Assembly (NCBI GenBank): GCA_014879675.1
Contig: JACSRQ010000138.1
Span: 1-59,052, forward strand
Length of the DNA stretch: 59,052 nt
Reading direction: 5' to 3'
From: Ignavibacteria bacterium
GTDB taxonomy: Bacteria > Bacteroidota > Ignavibacteria > Tepidaquicellales > OLB5
Position 1 is the first letter of the stretch. Every line of letters begins with the position of its first letter. Of this stretch, positions 20,156 to 29,598 are shown piece after piece. The notes below the pieces were generated by a model. That model was not told the DNA's origin. It ran no database searches and saw only the letters and a list, made by a program, of their open reading frames with translations. A program made the position numbers and the translations under genes.

Positions 20156-20228
20156 GCATCCTTAGCTCAGTTGGTAGAGCAAATGACTCTTAATCATTAG
20201 GCCTGGGGTTCGAGCCCCCAAGGATGCA
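20156..20228 (+). tRNA. tRNA-Lys (anticodon CTT), CCA not encoded
   Basis: Acceptor GCATCCT/AGGATGC, D arm GCTC-AGTTGGTA-GAGC, anticodon arm AATGA-CTCTTAA-TCATT, T arm TGGGG-TTCGAGC-CCCCA. Confidence 0.95.
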
Positions 20229-20235
20229 CGAGGTT

Positions 20236-20278
20236 AAACCCCACTGAATCAATGATTTAGCGGGGTTTGTTGTTTTTG
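20236..20278 (+). terminator. Intrinsic terminator after the tRNA
   Basis: AAACCCCACTGAATC...GATTTAGCGGGGTTT followed by a T-rich tract. Confidence 0.65.
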
Positions 20279-20471
20279 GTTTAAATATTGCATTTTAAGC
20301 AGACCAGTTAATAAATCGTATTGTGAGTTCACGAGAAGCCGAAAAGACTTAAAGAGAGAGGCAGTAAGAATTGAAAGGAATTAGAATTTGGTGGTGCTTT
20401 AAGATTAGTTTAGTATCATAAATTTGAGTCTAGATTCCCGCCTGCGCGGGAATGTCAAAAAGAAATATCAT

Positions 20472-21098
20472 ATGCACATAACAGACATATTATCATTTGC
20501 GGGGATCGCATTCAGCGTTTTGTTTCCGCTTATCAATCCAATTGGCGGTGTGCCATCTTTTTCCGGTCTGACCGCGCATGACACGCCTGAGTTCCGCAAG
20601 GGACAGGCAAGAAAAGTTTCGCTGAATGTATTTCTGATACTTATCACTTTCCTTTTGATAGGCAAACTGCTGCTTGAGCTGTTTGGCATATCGCTCGGTG
20701 TGCTTGAGATCGCAGGCGGACTCATCGTCGCAAACACCGGATGGCAGATGGTGAATTCAAAGCCTGAAAATGAAAAGGATGAATCTATTAAGCAGCAGAA
20801 TGTGGATATATCATTCATGCCGATGGCTATGCCGATATTGAGCGGACCCGGAGCCATAGGCGCGGTTATCGGACTCTCGACCAATGCGAAACATTTTGAG
20901 GATTATGTTGGATTTGTAATAGGAATATTCGGTATCGGCCTGGTGACATATCTTTTCCTGATACTTTCCATTCCGCTTATGAAAAAGCTTGGCTCAAACG
21001 GAATCAACGTGCTGACAAGAATGATGGGATTTTTTATACTGGCAATTGCCGTGAATTTGGTCTATAGAGGAATTTTGGATTTGATAAAGAGTGCGTAA
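20472..21098 (+). CDS. marC: MarC family membrane protein
   Basis: 'LINPIG', 'PMAMPILSGPGAI', 'TRMMGF..LAIAV'. The ORF-track N-terminus 'LDSRLRGN' is a translated REP, so the start is moved to 20472. Confidence 0.9.
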   Translation: MHITDILSFAGIAFSVLFPLINPIGGVPSFSGLTAHDTPEFRKGQARKVSLNVFLILITFLLIGKLLLELFGISLGVLEIAGGLIVANTGWQMVNSKPENEKDESIKQQNVDISFMPMAMPILSGPGAIGAVIGLSTNAKHFEDYVGFVIGIFGIGLVTYLFLILSIPLMKKLGSNGINVLTRMMGFFILAIAVNLVYRGILDLIKSA

Positions 21099-21234
21099 CT
21101 CGAAGAAAAAAACAAACCCCATTGCAGATTAACTTTGTTCCCTGATATCTTTTAGTTAGAGTTCTATGATTTCTGCAGATTTACTTCCCCTCTTTAAACT
21201 GTTAAAGCAGTCAGGAAGGCAAAGGGGGGACATG

Positions 21235-22161
21235 TTAGGCAGCATCCCTTAAAAACACTCCATACCTAAGGCCTTTTGTGCTTATGGTTACCTTATCAAA
21301 ACTGAATTTTTCCATGAAGCATTTTAGTATTAATATTCCCGGAATTACAATATCGGCTCTGCCTGTCATGTAATCGCCCATACCATAAAGTTTATCGATA
21401 GGCATGGGAATAAGCCTTTCGAGTACTTCATTTATTTCAGCTATTTGGATTTCCAGTCCATCAACTTTTTCTGCTTCAAAGCTCGTTAGGCCCAGCTTTA
21501 TCGCGCCCAGGGTTGTGACCGTGCCCGCTACACCAATAAGTGATGTGCCGCTGATATCAAAATCGAGATACGCGAGATGTTGGTCTATGAACCTCTCTGC
21601 CTCAACCAGCCGCGCAGGAGCAGGGGGATGCTCTTTCAGGAACTTCTCATTCAGTCTGACAGAACCGATATCCAGACTTTTGCCCGTGAGTGAAACATCA
21701 TTCAATGACATATCCTTAACAATTCCGGTTGTCACTTCTGTGCTTCCGCCGCCGATATCGATTGTCGTTAATCTGTCATGAGCGGTATGCACCTTATCGT
21801 AAACTCCGCCAATGAAAGTATTACGGGCTTCGTCATCGCCGGAAAGGATTTCAATTTCTATACCGGTCTTTCTGCGGATTGTATCTATGAACTCGGCTTT
21901 GTTGGCTGAATCCCTGATGAAACTTGTTGCAGTCGCAGTAATACCGGTTGAACCGTGTTTCAGGCTGAGCTCTTTGTATTCGCTCAATATTTCCACAGCT
22001 TTGGCTATTGATTCCGGCATGATATTCCGGTTCGCATCTACGCCTTTGCCGAGTCTTGGAACGCGCTGGATATCTAATATAGGATTAATGCTGCCATTTT
22101 TATACTCGGCTATAAGGAGAAGAATAGTATTTGTTCCGATATCTATAGTTGATCTTATCAT
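21235..22161 (-). CDS. ppx: Ppx/GppA family exopolyphosphatase
   Basis: 'IDIGTNT', 'ATSFIRDSAN', 'DIGGGSTE', 'RADIV', 'GLRYG'. Confidence 0.9.
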   Translation of the reverse strand: MIRSTIDIGTNTILLLIAEYKNGSINPILDIQRVPRLGKGVDANRNIMPESIAKAVEILSEYKELSLKHGSTGITATATSFIRDSANKAEFIDTIRRKTGIEIEILSGDDEARNTFIGGVYDKVHTAHDRLTTIDIGGGSTEVTTGIVKDMSLNDVSLTGKSLDIGSVRLNEKFLKEHPPAPARLVEAERFIDQHLAYLDFDISGTSLIGVAGTVTTLGAIKLGLTSFEAEKVDGLEIQIAEINEVLERLIPMPIDKLYGMGDYMTGRADIVIPGILILKCFMEKFSFDKVTISTKGLRYGVFLRDAA

Positions 22162-22213
22162 GTGTTTATTGTGTTTAAATGTGGGACTTGAAGATGATTT
22201 AGTTTTGCTTCTT

Positions 22214-22241
22214 TGCGTCAGGTCGTAAGACCTGACGCCAC
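22214..22241. repeat. REP-like palindrome TGCGTCAGGTCGTAAGACCTGACGCCAC
   Basis: Identical to 8433-8460; inverted near-copy at 17501-17528. Confidence 0.85.
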
Positions 22242-22324
22242 TTCAAATATTGCTTTTAATTAACTTTGCGTTCTTCGCGGCTTTGCGGTGAATGCTTTTG
22301 ATTCTGATACTACGCAAAAAAAAA

Positions 22325-23179
22325 TCATAGTTTAATGGCATAAAAAGCGGCCCATTCTGCGCGCTGTTTAAGCTCGCGCATTTGGAAATTATTTTTTGTA
22401 AGCTCATTCAGCAGAGTTTCGGTTTCTTCGCGAAGAATTCCCGTTATAAATATCTTACCACCTGCCTTAAGTTTTTGGTTCATCAAGGGCAGATTGGGAA
22501 TAATGACATTGCTTATAATATTTGCGGCGATTACATCAAATCCATACTCCGCAACTTTGGTGAGATCGCACTGGTATAGCGCAATGTTGTTTGTAACATC
22601 ATTAAGCGAGAAATAATCGTTAGCATTCGCTATGGAATCGTCATCTATCTCATTAGCTATCACTTTTTCAACACCAAGCTTAACGGCGGCAATAGCGAGA
22701 ATTCCCGTCCCGCTGCCGAAATCAAGCATATAACGGTCGGTTTTCGGATCTATCCATGTGCTCATCTGCTCAAGGATAAGCTGTGTAGTCTCATTGTGTC
22801 CCGTACCGAACGACATCTTAGGGTCGATCTCTATTGGAATATTCCCGCGGCTTAGATCAAGCTCATTTTTTTTCCATGAGGGATAAACAACCAGCCTATC
22901 CAGAATATAAACCGGTTCTATGGTTTTTTCCCATTCCAGATTCCAGTCTTTATTATCAAATATACCGATGGAAATACTGCCTTCGGGTACACTGTCTTCA
23001 GTTATCAATTCCTGTTTTATTTTCTCCGCAAGGGCAGTATCTGATGCAGGTAAATAAACCTTCAATAAACCGTTCTCTTCAAGTATGGTGTTCAGGTCAT
23101 TGAGGTAAAGCCTGTTGTATACAAGATCATAAGTGGATTCGTTAAATGCTATTTCAAGCTCGATGTAGTTCTTTTCCAA
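22325..23179 (-). CDS. prmA: 50S ribosomal protein L11 methyltransferase
   Basis: 'IDPKMSFGTGHNETT', 'LDFGSGTGILAI', 'ANI'. Confidence 0.92.
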   Translation of the reverse strand: MEKNYIELEIAFNESTYDLVYNRLYLNDLNTILEENGLLKVYLPASDTALAEKIKQELITEDSVPEGSISIGIFDNKDWNLEWEKTIEPVYILDRLVVYPSWKKNELDLSRGNIPIEIDPKMSFGTGHNETTQLILEQMSTWIDPKTDRYMLDFGSGTGILAIAAVKLGVEKVIANEIDDDSIANANDYFSLNDVTNNIALYQCDLTKVAEYGFDVIAANIISNVIIPNLPLMNQKLKAGGKIFITGILREETETLLNELTKNNFQMRELKQRAEWAAFYAIKL

Positions 23180-23224
23180 TTTTTAACAGCGGGATTAATT
23201 TTGAAATCCTTAATTAACTTCAGA

Positions 23225-24100
23225 CTAGCTATAAATTTTCTTCAGAGCAGAGTCCAGTGTATTTTTCAGAAGCATTGCTATCGTCATGGGTCCAACCCCG
23301 CCCGGAACGGGAGTAATAAGCGAGGCTTTTGGATAACATGAAGCATAGTCAACATCACCAACAACCCTGTAACCCTTTTTTGCGGATGAATCATCTATCC
23401 GGTTTATGCCAACATCAACAATCACAACGCCTTCTTTTATCATATCGCCGGTGAGGAAGTTAGCTTTTCCGATAGCTGCCACGATAATATCAGCCCGGCG
23501 GGTGTGGGAGGCAATATCCTGCGTAGCACTGTGAGTTACCGTTACCGTGCAATTGGCGCCTTTTGCTTTCTGGAGCAGAATGTTCGCGATAGGTTTGCCG
23601 ACAATATTGCTTCTGCCTATCACAACAGCATTTTTTCCTGAAGTATCAACATTGTACCTCTTTAACAACTCAAATATTCCGGCAGGCGTGCACGGCATGT
23701 AACATTTTTCGCCTATCATAAGTCTGCCCGCATTTACAGGGTGGAAGCCGTCAACATCTTTCCTGTAGTCAACAGTTTCAAGCACATTCATTTCATTAAT
23801 ATGAGAGGGCAGGGGCAGCTGGATAAGTATTCCATGAATTTTTGGATCGTTGTTGTATCCCGAAATTATAGAAAGCAGTTCAGCTTCTGAAATTGTTTCA
23901 GGCTGGCGGTTCACAATAGAATAATAACCAAGCTCGGCGCATTTCTTTTCCTTCATCTTAACGTAAATTTCAGATGCGGGATTATTTCCAACCAGAATGA
24001 GCGCCAGCCCCGGGATTACATTTGTACTCGATAGCTCTTTTTTGATCTCAAGAATTATTTCTTCTGATATTAACTTACCGTCAATTATTTTGCTATCCAT
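23225..24100 (-). CDS. folD: Methylenetetrahydrofolate dehydrogenase/cyclohydrolase
   Basis: 'GILIQLPLP', 'KDVDGFHP', 'PCTP', 'GRSNIVGKP', 'ITPVPGGVGPMT'. Confidence 0.97.
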   Translation of the reverse strand: MDSKIIDGKLISEEIILEIKKELSSTNVIPGLALILVGNNPASEIYVKMKEKKCAELGYYSIVNRQPETISEAELLSIISGYNNDPKIHGILIQLPLPSHINEMNVLETVDYRKDVDGFHPVNAGRLMIGEKCYMPCTPAGIFELLKRYNVDTSGKNAVVIGRSNIVGKPIANILLQKAKGANCTVTVTHSATQDIASHTRRADIIVAAIGKANFLTGDMIKEGVVIVDVGINRIDDSSAKKGYRVVGDVDYASCYPKASLITPVPGGVGPMTIAMLLKNTLDSALKKIYS

Positions 24101-24127
24101 TTACAATAATTTATTTTGTCAATCGTG

Positions 24128-25972
24128 TCAGGACTTCATATGTTTATCCAGGAAATCACATATCATGCCCCAAACCGTGATCTGGTTCGATACTTTTGTA
24201 AAACCATGGCCTTCATCCTGAAGTACCAGGTAATCAACTTCTTTATTCTGCTGCTTCATAACTTCTACCATCTGGTCAGATTCCGCCTGCACAACCCGCG
24301 GATCATTTTTACCCTGTATAACAAGCATAGGGCAGGTTATGTTTGAAACGAAATTTATCGGTGAGCGTTCTTCGAGGAATTCTTTATCCTTTACAACGTC
24401 TCCAACAAGCTCAAGTACGCCGGGTTTCCAGTGCTCGGGAACGGAATTGCAGAATGTGATGAGATTCGATGGCCCGAAAATATCAACAGCGCATTTCCAA
24501 AGCTCAGGCGCGCGCGTTGCGCAGGTGAGCGTCATATAACCGCCAAAGCTGCCTCCTACGATTGCAATATTATCTTTAGCCGTGTATCCTGTTTCAAGCA
24601 AATTATTATAAGCTGCAAGTACATCTTTAAATTCATTTCCGCCCCAATCTTTATAAATAAGCTTTTGGAACGACTTCCCGTAACCTGTGCTGCCCCTGAA
24701 ATTTGGCGCAATTACAATATAGCCCCTGTTACACAGTATCTGGAAATATTTATTAAAAAGGTTCTTCTCCTGCCATTCGGGTCCACCGTGCGGCCAAACA
24801 ATTGCCGGATTTGTGCCATCCTTTTTCATCCATTTCGGAATGTACATAAAGCCGCTTATTTCCAATCCGTCAAAGCTCTTATATTTGATCTCCTTCGGTA
24901 TGACGAGATCATTTTTGGGAATGCCGCCTATCATAGAAAACGTTACCTGTTTAAATTTATCTTTCTTCAGGTCATAGACATAAATGTCATTCGGATTTTG
25001 CGGCGAGTCGTAAATGAACACGATCTTTTTATCATCTTTGGTAAAGGCGAATGTTATGCAGTGTCCTTTTGGTACCTTTAGAGACTTTACCTTACCTGTT
25101 TTCACATTTTTTAACTTAAGCCGCGAAGTTCCGTTTTCATTGGTACTGTAAAGCAGGAATTTTTCGTTGTGCGAAAATACATAGCTTGAAATATCCCATT
25201 TTTCTTCCTGCATCCAACCGAGCTGAGAGGATTTTACATCGAAGTAAGCGAGTGCATTGAACTCCCTGTTATAGTCGCTGATGAAATAGTATGTATCATT
25301 CTTTTTATTGAACATACCGCTTGAGTTCTTCATATTACCTTCATGTTTGGTAAGATTCTTCATTTCCTTTGTTACGGTATCGTATAGAAATATATCGCTG
25401 TTGGAATTATTGTAATGTTTATGGTAAACTATTTTCTTTTCATCCTTGCTCCAATCTGACGCTATAAATGGATATATGTCATCGAAAGCTGCGATACATT
25501 CTTCAACGCCTGTTTTTAGATCGGTTACATAAGTATCAAAAAACCTTTTATCTCTTTTGTTTGAAGAAAAAAGTACTTTGGTACCTTTTTTATTGAAAGC
25601 ACAGAAAATGGTCTGCGCACCGGCATGTGAAGGGGTAAGGCAGCGAACTTCTCCGCCGTTTTCGTTCACAATGTATATCTGGAAATTTTCATCTCCTTTG
25701 TTATCGGACTGGAAAATTATCTCATTATTTTTAGGAGAATAAACAATACTGGCAACGGCATTATCTTCCAGAGTAATTTGCGAAGTCCAGCCGCCATCTA
25801 CAGGGATAGTCCATATATTAGGCGAGCCGCTTGTATTTGTGATATAAGCTATAGTTTTGCCGTTGGGCGAAAGTGCCATTCCTGATATTGCCCTGATGGC
25901 GTAGAATTGAGTTATCTTATAAACTTTTGGTTTTGCTGCGGAGGTTTTGGGTTTCCTGTTTTCTGAAGACAT
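24128..25972 (-). CDS. S9 family peptidase (beta-propeller plus alpha/beta hydrolase)
   Basis: 'HGGP', 'GGSFGG' nucleophile, 'NDPRV', 'DEGHG'. Confidence 0.92.
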   Translation of the reverse strand: MSSENRKPKTSAAKPKVYKITQFYAIRAISGMALSPNGKTIAYITNTSGSPNIWTIPVDGGWTSQITLEDNAVASIVYSPKNNEIIFQSDNKGDENFQIYIVNENGGEVRCLTPSHAGAQTIFCAFNKKGTKVLFSSNKRDKRFFDTYVTDLKTGVEECIAAFDDIYPFIASDWSKDEKKIVYHKHYNNSNSDIFLYDTVTKEMKNLTKHEGNMKNSSGMFNKKNDTYYFISDYNREFNALAYFDVKSSQLGWMQEEKWDISSYVFSHNEKFLLYSTNENGTSRLKLKNVKTGKVKSLKVPKGHCITFAFTKDDKKIVFIYDSPQNPNDIYVYDLKKDKFKQVTFSMIGGIPKNDLVIPKEIKYKSFDGLEISGFMYIPKWMKKDGTNPAIVWPHGGPEWQEKNLFNKYFQILCNRGYIVIAPNFRGSTGYGKSFQKLIYKDWGGNEFKDVLAAYNNLLETGYTAKDNIAIVGGSFGGYMTLTCATRAPELWKCAVDIFGPSNLITFCNSVPEHWKPGVLELVGDVVKDKEFLEERSPINFVSNITCPMLVIQGKNDPRVVQAESDQMVEVMKQQNKEVDYLVLQDEGHGFTKVSNQITVWGMICDFLDKHMKS

Positions 25973-26129
25973 TATCGGTATGAATTGTTATTGGAATATC
26001 AACAAAGATAATATTTTACACTCAAAAATTTAATCCATAAAATTCTGAATAAGAGAATAGATAGAATACGGACAAAGTTTTGTAATTTCGTTTTAATTGT
26101 GTAAATATATAGTTAAATTAGCCAAATTT

Positions 26130-27044
26130 ATGAATATGAATCCCGCGTTAAGAAATTTAGATTCATTACACCCGGCTGTTGATGAAACGGGCGTTAAAGA
26201 AAGAGCCGCGGCAATTGCCGGCAGGAGTGTGAAGAAAGAGAGCAAAGTTGCTGCTATAAAGATGGCAGTTTCTATGATAGACCTCACTACCCTTGAAGGC
26301 AAAGATTCAGCAGGTAAAGTGCATGCAATGTGCCAGAAGGCGAAATTTCCGCTGGAAGGCGCGCCTGAGATCCCCCATGTGGCTGCGGTATGCGTATATC
26401 CAAACCTGATAAGAACAGCTAAGAGTGCTTTGGAAGGCAGCGGGGTAAAGGTTGCATCTGTTGCTACATCATTCCCTTCGGGACAATCACCGATGAAGCT
26501 GAAAGTTGAAGAAGTTCGTAAAGTTGTGCAGATGGGTGCCGATGAGGTTGATATGGTTATCAGCAGGGGAGAGTTCCTAGAAGGTAATTATGACTATACC
26601 TTTAAAGAAGTACAGGCGATCAAAGAAGCATGCGGTGAAGCGCATTTGAAGGTAATACTTGAAACCGGTGAACTTGAAACATTTGATAATGTGCGCAGGG
26701 CCAGTTTAATTTCAATGCTCGCGGGCGCGGATTTCATTAAAACCTCTACCGGTAAAGTTCAGCCGGCGGCAACACTTCCTGTAACTTTGGTTATGCTAGA
26801 AGCGATAAGAGATTTTTATAATGAAACGGGTAAAATAATCGGCATGAAGCCTGCCGGAGGCATTAAAACAACCAAGGATGCGATTTCGTATCTCTGCCTG
26901 GTAAAGGAAACCCTTGGCGATATGTGGCTTACTCCTGACCTTTTCAGAATGGGCGCATCTTCACTGCTCAATGACCTTTTGATGCAGTACAGGAAAGAAC
27001 AATCCGGTGTTTACCAATCTGCTGAATATTTTACCAATGATTAA
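26130..27044 (+). CDS. deoC: Deoxyribose-phosphate aldolase
   Basis: 'DLTTLEG', 'AAVCVYP', 'LKVILETGEL', 'ADFIKTSTGK', 'KPAGGI', 'RMGASSLL'. Confidence 0.95.
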   Translation: MNMNPALRNLDSLHPAVDETGVKERAAAIAGRSVKKESKVAAIKMAVSMIDLTTLEGKDSAGKVHAMCQKAKFPLEGAPEIPHVAAVCVYPNLIRTAKSALEGSGVKVASVATSFPSGQSPMKLKVEEVRKVVQMGADEVDMVISRGEFLEGNYDYTFKEVQAIKEACGEAHLKVILETGELETFDNVRRASLISMLAGADFIKTSTGKVQPAATLPVTLVMLEAIRDFYNETGKIIGMKPAGGIKTTKDAISYLCLVKETLGDMWLTPDLFRMGASSLLNDLLMQYRKEQSGVYQSAEYFTND

Positions 27045-27822
27045 AAACTTGAAGATTATACCGATATTATTTCTATTGATAAATATTGCAAACCTGTATT
27101 CCCAGGATGACTCAATCAGGAATACATCGATATCGTATTATGATTATACTATAAAAATATCGAGTAATCATAACAGATTTTTCACAGGCAGGCTGGAAGT
27201 TTTGAAGAACGGTAAGAGTGAGTTTAGTATGGATAGCGTTTTTAGTGATTACGTTGAGCACAATATTATTGATATGGATGGAGATGGCAGCAAAGAACTA
27301 TTGCTGATTTTAAGCGAAGGTGCTTCGCCGTATGTATTTAGCAGCATGTATTTGTTTGATGCAAGAAAAGGCGCGAAGCCGCTGTACTTCATCACAAATG
27401 CTTCGCTTGATACAAGCGCCAACAGTCTTCCCGCTATAGGTACATTTGTAAGGATGTCTCCTTCTATAATGGGATTCAGCTATAGCTGGCAAATGGAGTA
27501 TCACAATGGTAAGCTTCGTTACAAGTCGCTTGGTGGAAAAACCGGTTCAAGTTTTGGTCCTGATTACACTGAATTGAGAGCTTCAATGAAGGAGATTTGG
27601 CCCCAAAAGGCAGATTGTGAAGACTATATTTACTCCGTATTTTTTGATTATATTTTTATAACCAGCAGGATATCAGGCGAAATGACCGAAGCCGAAAATT
27701 TCTTCAATAGTGAATACAAGTGTCCGGATAAAGTCAGCAGCCTGATAGCTTTTAAGAAAACCGCAGACGAAACATTCAGCTGGATCAAAGACGAAAAAAA
27801 TTATTTATACTCAGAATATTAA
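27037..27822 (+). CDS. Exported hypothetical protein
   Basis: Signal peptide; 'DMDGDGSKE' Ca-binding-like motif; start overlaps the deoC stop. Confidence 0.7.
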   Translation: MIKNLKIIPILFLLINIANLYSQDDSIRNTSISYYDYTIKISSNHNRFFTGRLEVLKNGKSEFSMDSVFSDYVEHNIIDMDGDGSKELLLILSEGASPYVFSSMYLFDARKGAKPLYFITNASLDTSANSLPAIGTFVRMSPSIMGFSYSWQMEYHNGKLRYKSLGGKTGSSFGPDYTELRASMKEIWPQKADCEDYIYSVFFDYIFITSRISGEMTEAENFFNSEYKCPDKVSSLIAFKKTADETFSWIKDEKNYLYSEY

Positions 27823-27842
27823 TCAACTAAACAAACAAAACA

Positions 27843-28049
27843 ATGCCAGAAATATCAGAATACAAAGGAAACAAGCTTATTTGCCTTAACCCGGGAGCAA
27901 AATTCACTTTTTCATTCGGACTTGGCAAAGCTAAGATGATACTTGAGAATCTTGATGCAATAAAGACTTTTGTAGAATCAAACGGCGAGAGCTGCGGCGA
28001 AAACAGCGAACCTGCCGGCGGCGAAGGCTCTTCAGCAGAACCTTTTTAA
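27843..28049 (+). CDS. Small hypothetical protein
   Basis: 68 aa with an A-rich leader; 'EYKG...FSFGLGKAKMILENLDAIK.FVE'. Confidence 0.7.
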   Translation: MPEISEYKGNKLICLNPGAKFTFSFGLGKAKMILENLDAIKTFVESNGESCGENSEPAGGEGSSAEPF

Positions 28050-28071
28050 ACTATTCTAACTAAAGGTCATT

Positions 28072-29583
28072 ATGACATTCAGGGAAAAAACAAGTGCACC
28101 CGCCGATCGGTCTATAACATCGGGCGGGAGCAGGGGCAATGGTACAGCTAAAAAGGCAGTGTGGGAGTATGCACCTTCCGCGGAATCTACAGAACACATT
28201 CAGTTAAGAGATAGGTATGACCTTTTTATAAATGGGAAATGGGTTAAAACACGGAAGTACTTTCCAACAATTAACCCGGCAACCGAAGAAAAGATCGCTG
28301 AAGCTGCATGGGCATCGAAAGTTGATGTAAACCGTGCAGTACTTGCCGCCGAGAAAGCTTATAATAATGTATGGAGCAAAACCTCACCTAAGGAAAGAGC
28401 TAAATACATTTTTCGTATTGCGAGGATCATGCAGGAAAAGGCGAGGGAATTTGCGGTCATAGAAACCATGGATGGAGGCAAACCCATCAAGGAATCAAAA
28501 TCGGTTGATGTTCCGCTTGCACTTGCACACTTTTTCTATTATGCCGGCTGGGCAGATAAGCTTAAGTACGCATTCCCTAATCAGCAGTTCTCATCAATCG
28601 GTGTTGTTGGACAAATAATCCCGTGGAATTTTCCGCTGCTAATGGCGGCATGGAAAATTGCGCCGGCTCTTGCATGCGGGAATACCGTGGTTATTAAATC
28701 CGCTGAAACTACACCGCTAACCCTGTACAAGCTTGCAGAAGTTTTCCAGGAAGCCGGGCTGCCGGATGGGGTTGTGAATATCTTAAGCGGGGCAGGGGAT
28801 ACAGGTGCTGCGATTGTGAACCATCCGAAGGTGAAAAAAATAGCGTTTACCGGCTCCACAGAAGTAGGAAAGCTCATAATGCGGTCAGTTGCCGGAACTT
28901 CAAAGAAACTTACGATGGAACTTGGCGGCAAAGCTGCGAATATCATAATGGAAGATGCGCCTATTGACCAGGCAATTGAAGGAATAATAAACGGCATCTA
29001 CTTCAACCAGGGCCATGTTTGCTGTGCAGGCTCAAGATTGTTTGTACAGGAAAGCATAAAACAGATTGTAGTAAAGAAACTAAAACACAGGCTTAAGAGT
29101 TTAAGAGTTGGGGACCCTCTTGATAAAAACACAGATGTTGGCGCTATCAACTCCAAAATGCAGCTTAAGAAGATTACTGAACTTGTAAATTCGGGAGTAG
29201 ATGAAGGCTGTACACTATACCAGCCGGAGTGCAGACTGCCTGATAAAGGATTTTGGTTTAAGCCTTCATTTTTTACGAATGTTGCTCAATCAAACCGTAT
29301 CGCACAGGAAGAGATATTCGGACCGGTGCTTTCGGTGTTAACTTTCAGGACTCCCAAGGAAGCCATAGAAAAAGCTAATAATACTCAGTATGGACTTTCG
29401 GCAGGAATATGGACTGATAAAGGCTCCAAGATATTCAAAATGGTTGGAGCAATTAAAGCAGGTGTAGTATGGTCAAACACCTACAATAAGTTTAATCCCG
29501 CGTCGCCTTTTGGCGGCTATAAAGAAAGCGGCTTCGGCAGGGAAGGCGGTTTACAGGGCTTAAAGGAATATTTAAATTTTTAG
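28072..29583 (+). CDS. Aldehyde dehydrogenase (catalytic, ALDH16-like N-terminal part)
   Basis: 'IIPWNFP', 'FTGSTEVG', 'MELGGK', 'NQGHVCCAG', 'EEIFGPV', 'PFGGYKESG'. Confidence 0.93.
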   Translation: MTFREKTSAPADRSITSGGSRGNGTAKKAVWEYAPSAESTEHIQLRDRYDLFINGKWVKTRKYFPTINPATEEKIAEAAWASKVDVNRAVLAAEKAYNNVWSKTSPKERAKYIFRIARIMQEKAREFAVIETMDGGKPIKESKSVDVPLALAHFFYYAGWADKLKYAFPNQQFSSIGVVGQIIPWNFPLLMAAWKIAPALACGNTVVIKSAETTPLTLYKLAEVFQEAGLPDGVVNILSGAGDTGAAIVNHPKVKKIAFTGSTEVGKLIMRSVAGTSKKLTMELGGKAANIIMEDAPIDQAIEGIINGIYFNQGHVCCAGSRLFVQESIKQIVVKKLKHRLKSLRVGDPLDKNTDVGAINSKMQLKKITELVNSGVDEGCTLYQPECRLPDKGFWFKPSFFTNVAQSNRIAQEEIFGPVLSVLTFRTPKEAIEKANNTQYGLSAGIWTDKGSKIFKMVGAIKAGVVWSNTYNKFNPASPFGGYKESGFGREGGLQGLKEYLNF

Positions 29584-29598
29584 AAATTAAGTTCATAA

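Noticed and set aside
20156-20228. tRNA as an integration site, or a suppressor tRNA
   Set aside because: No duplicated tRNA 3' end or integrase was seen; the anticodon reads CTT (Lys) in a normal 7-nt loop.
24431-25081. Long antisense ORFs (216 aa here; also 3191-3706, 11889-12398, 39998-40468)
   Set aside because: They are shadows of well-supported genes on the opposite strand and have no recognisable motifs.
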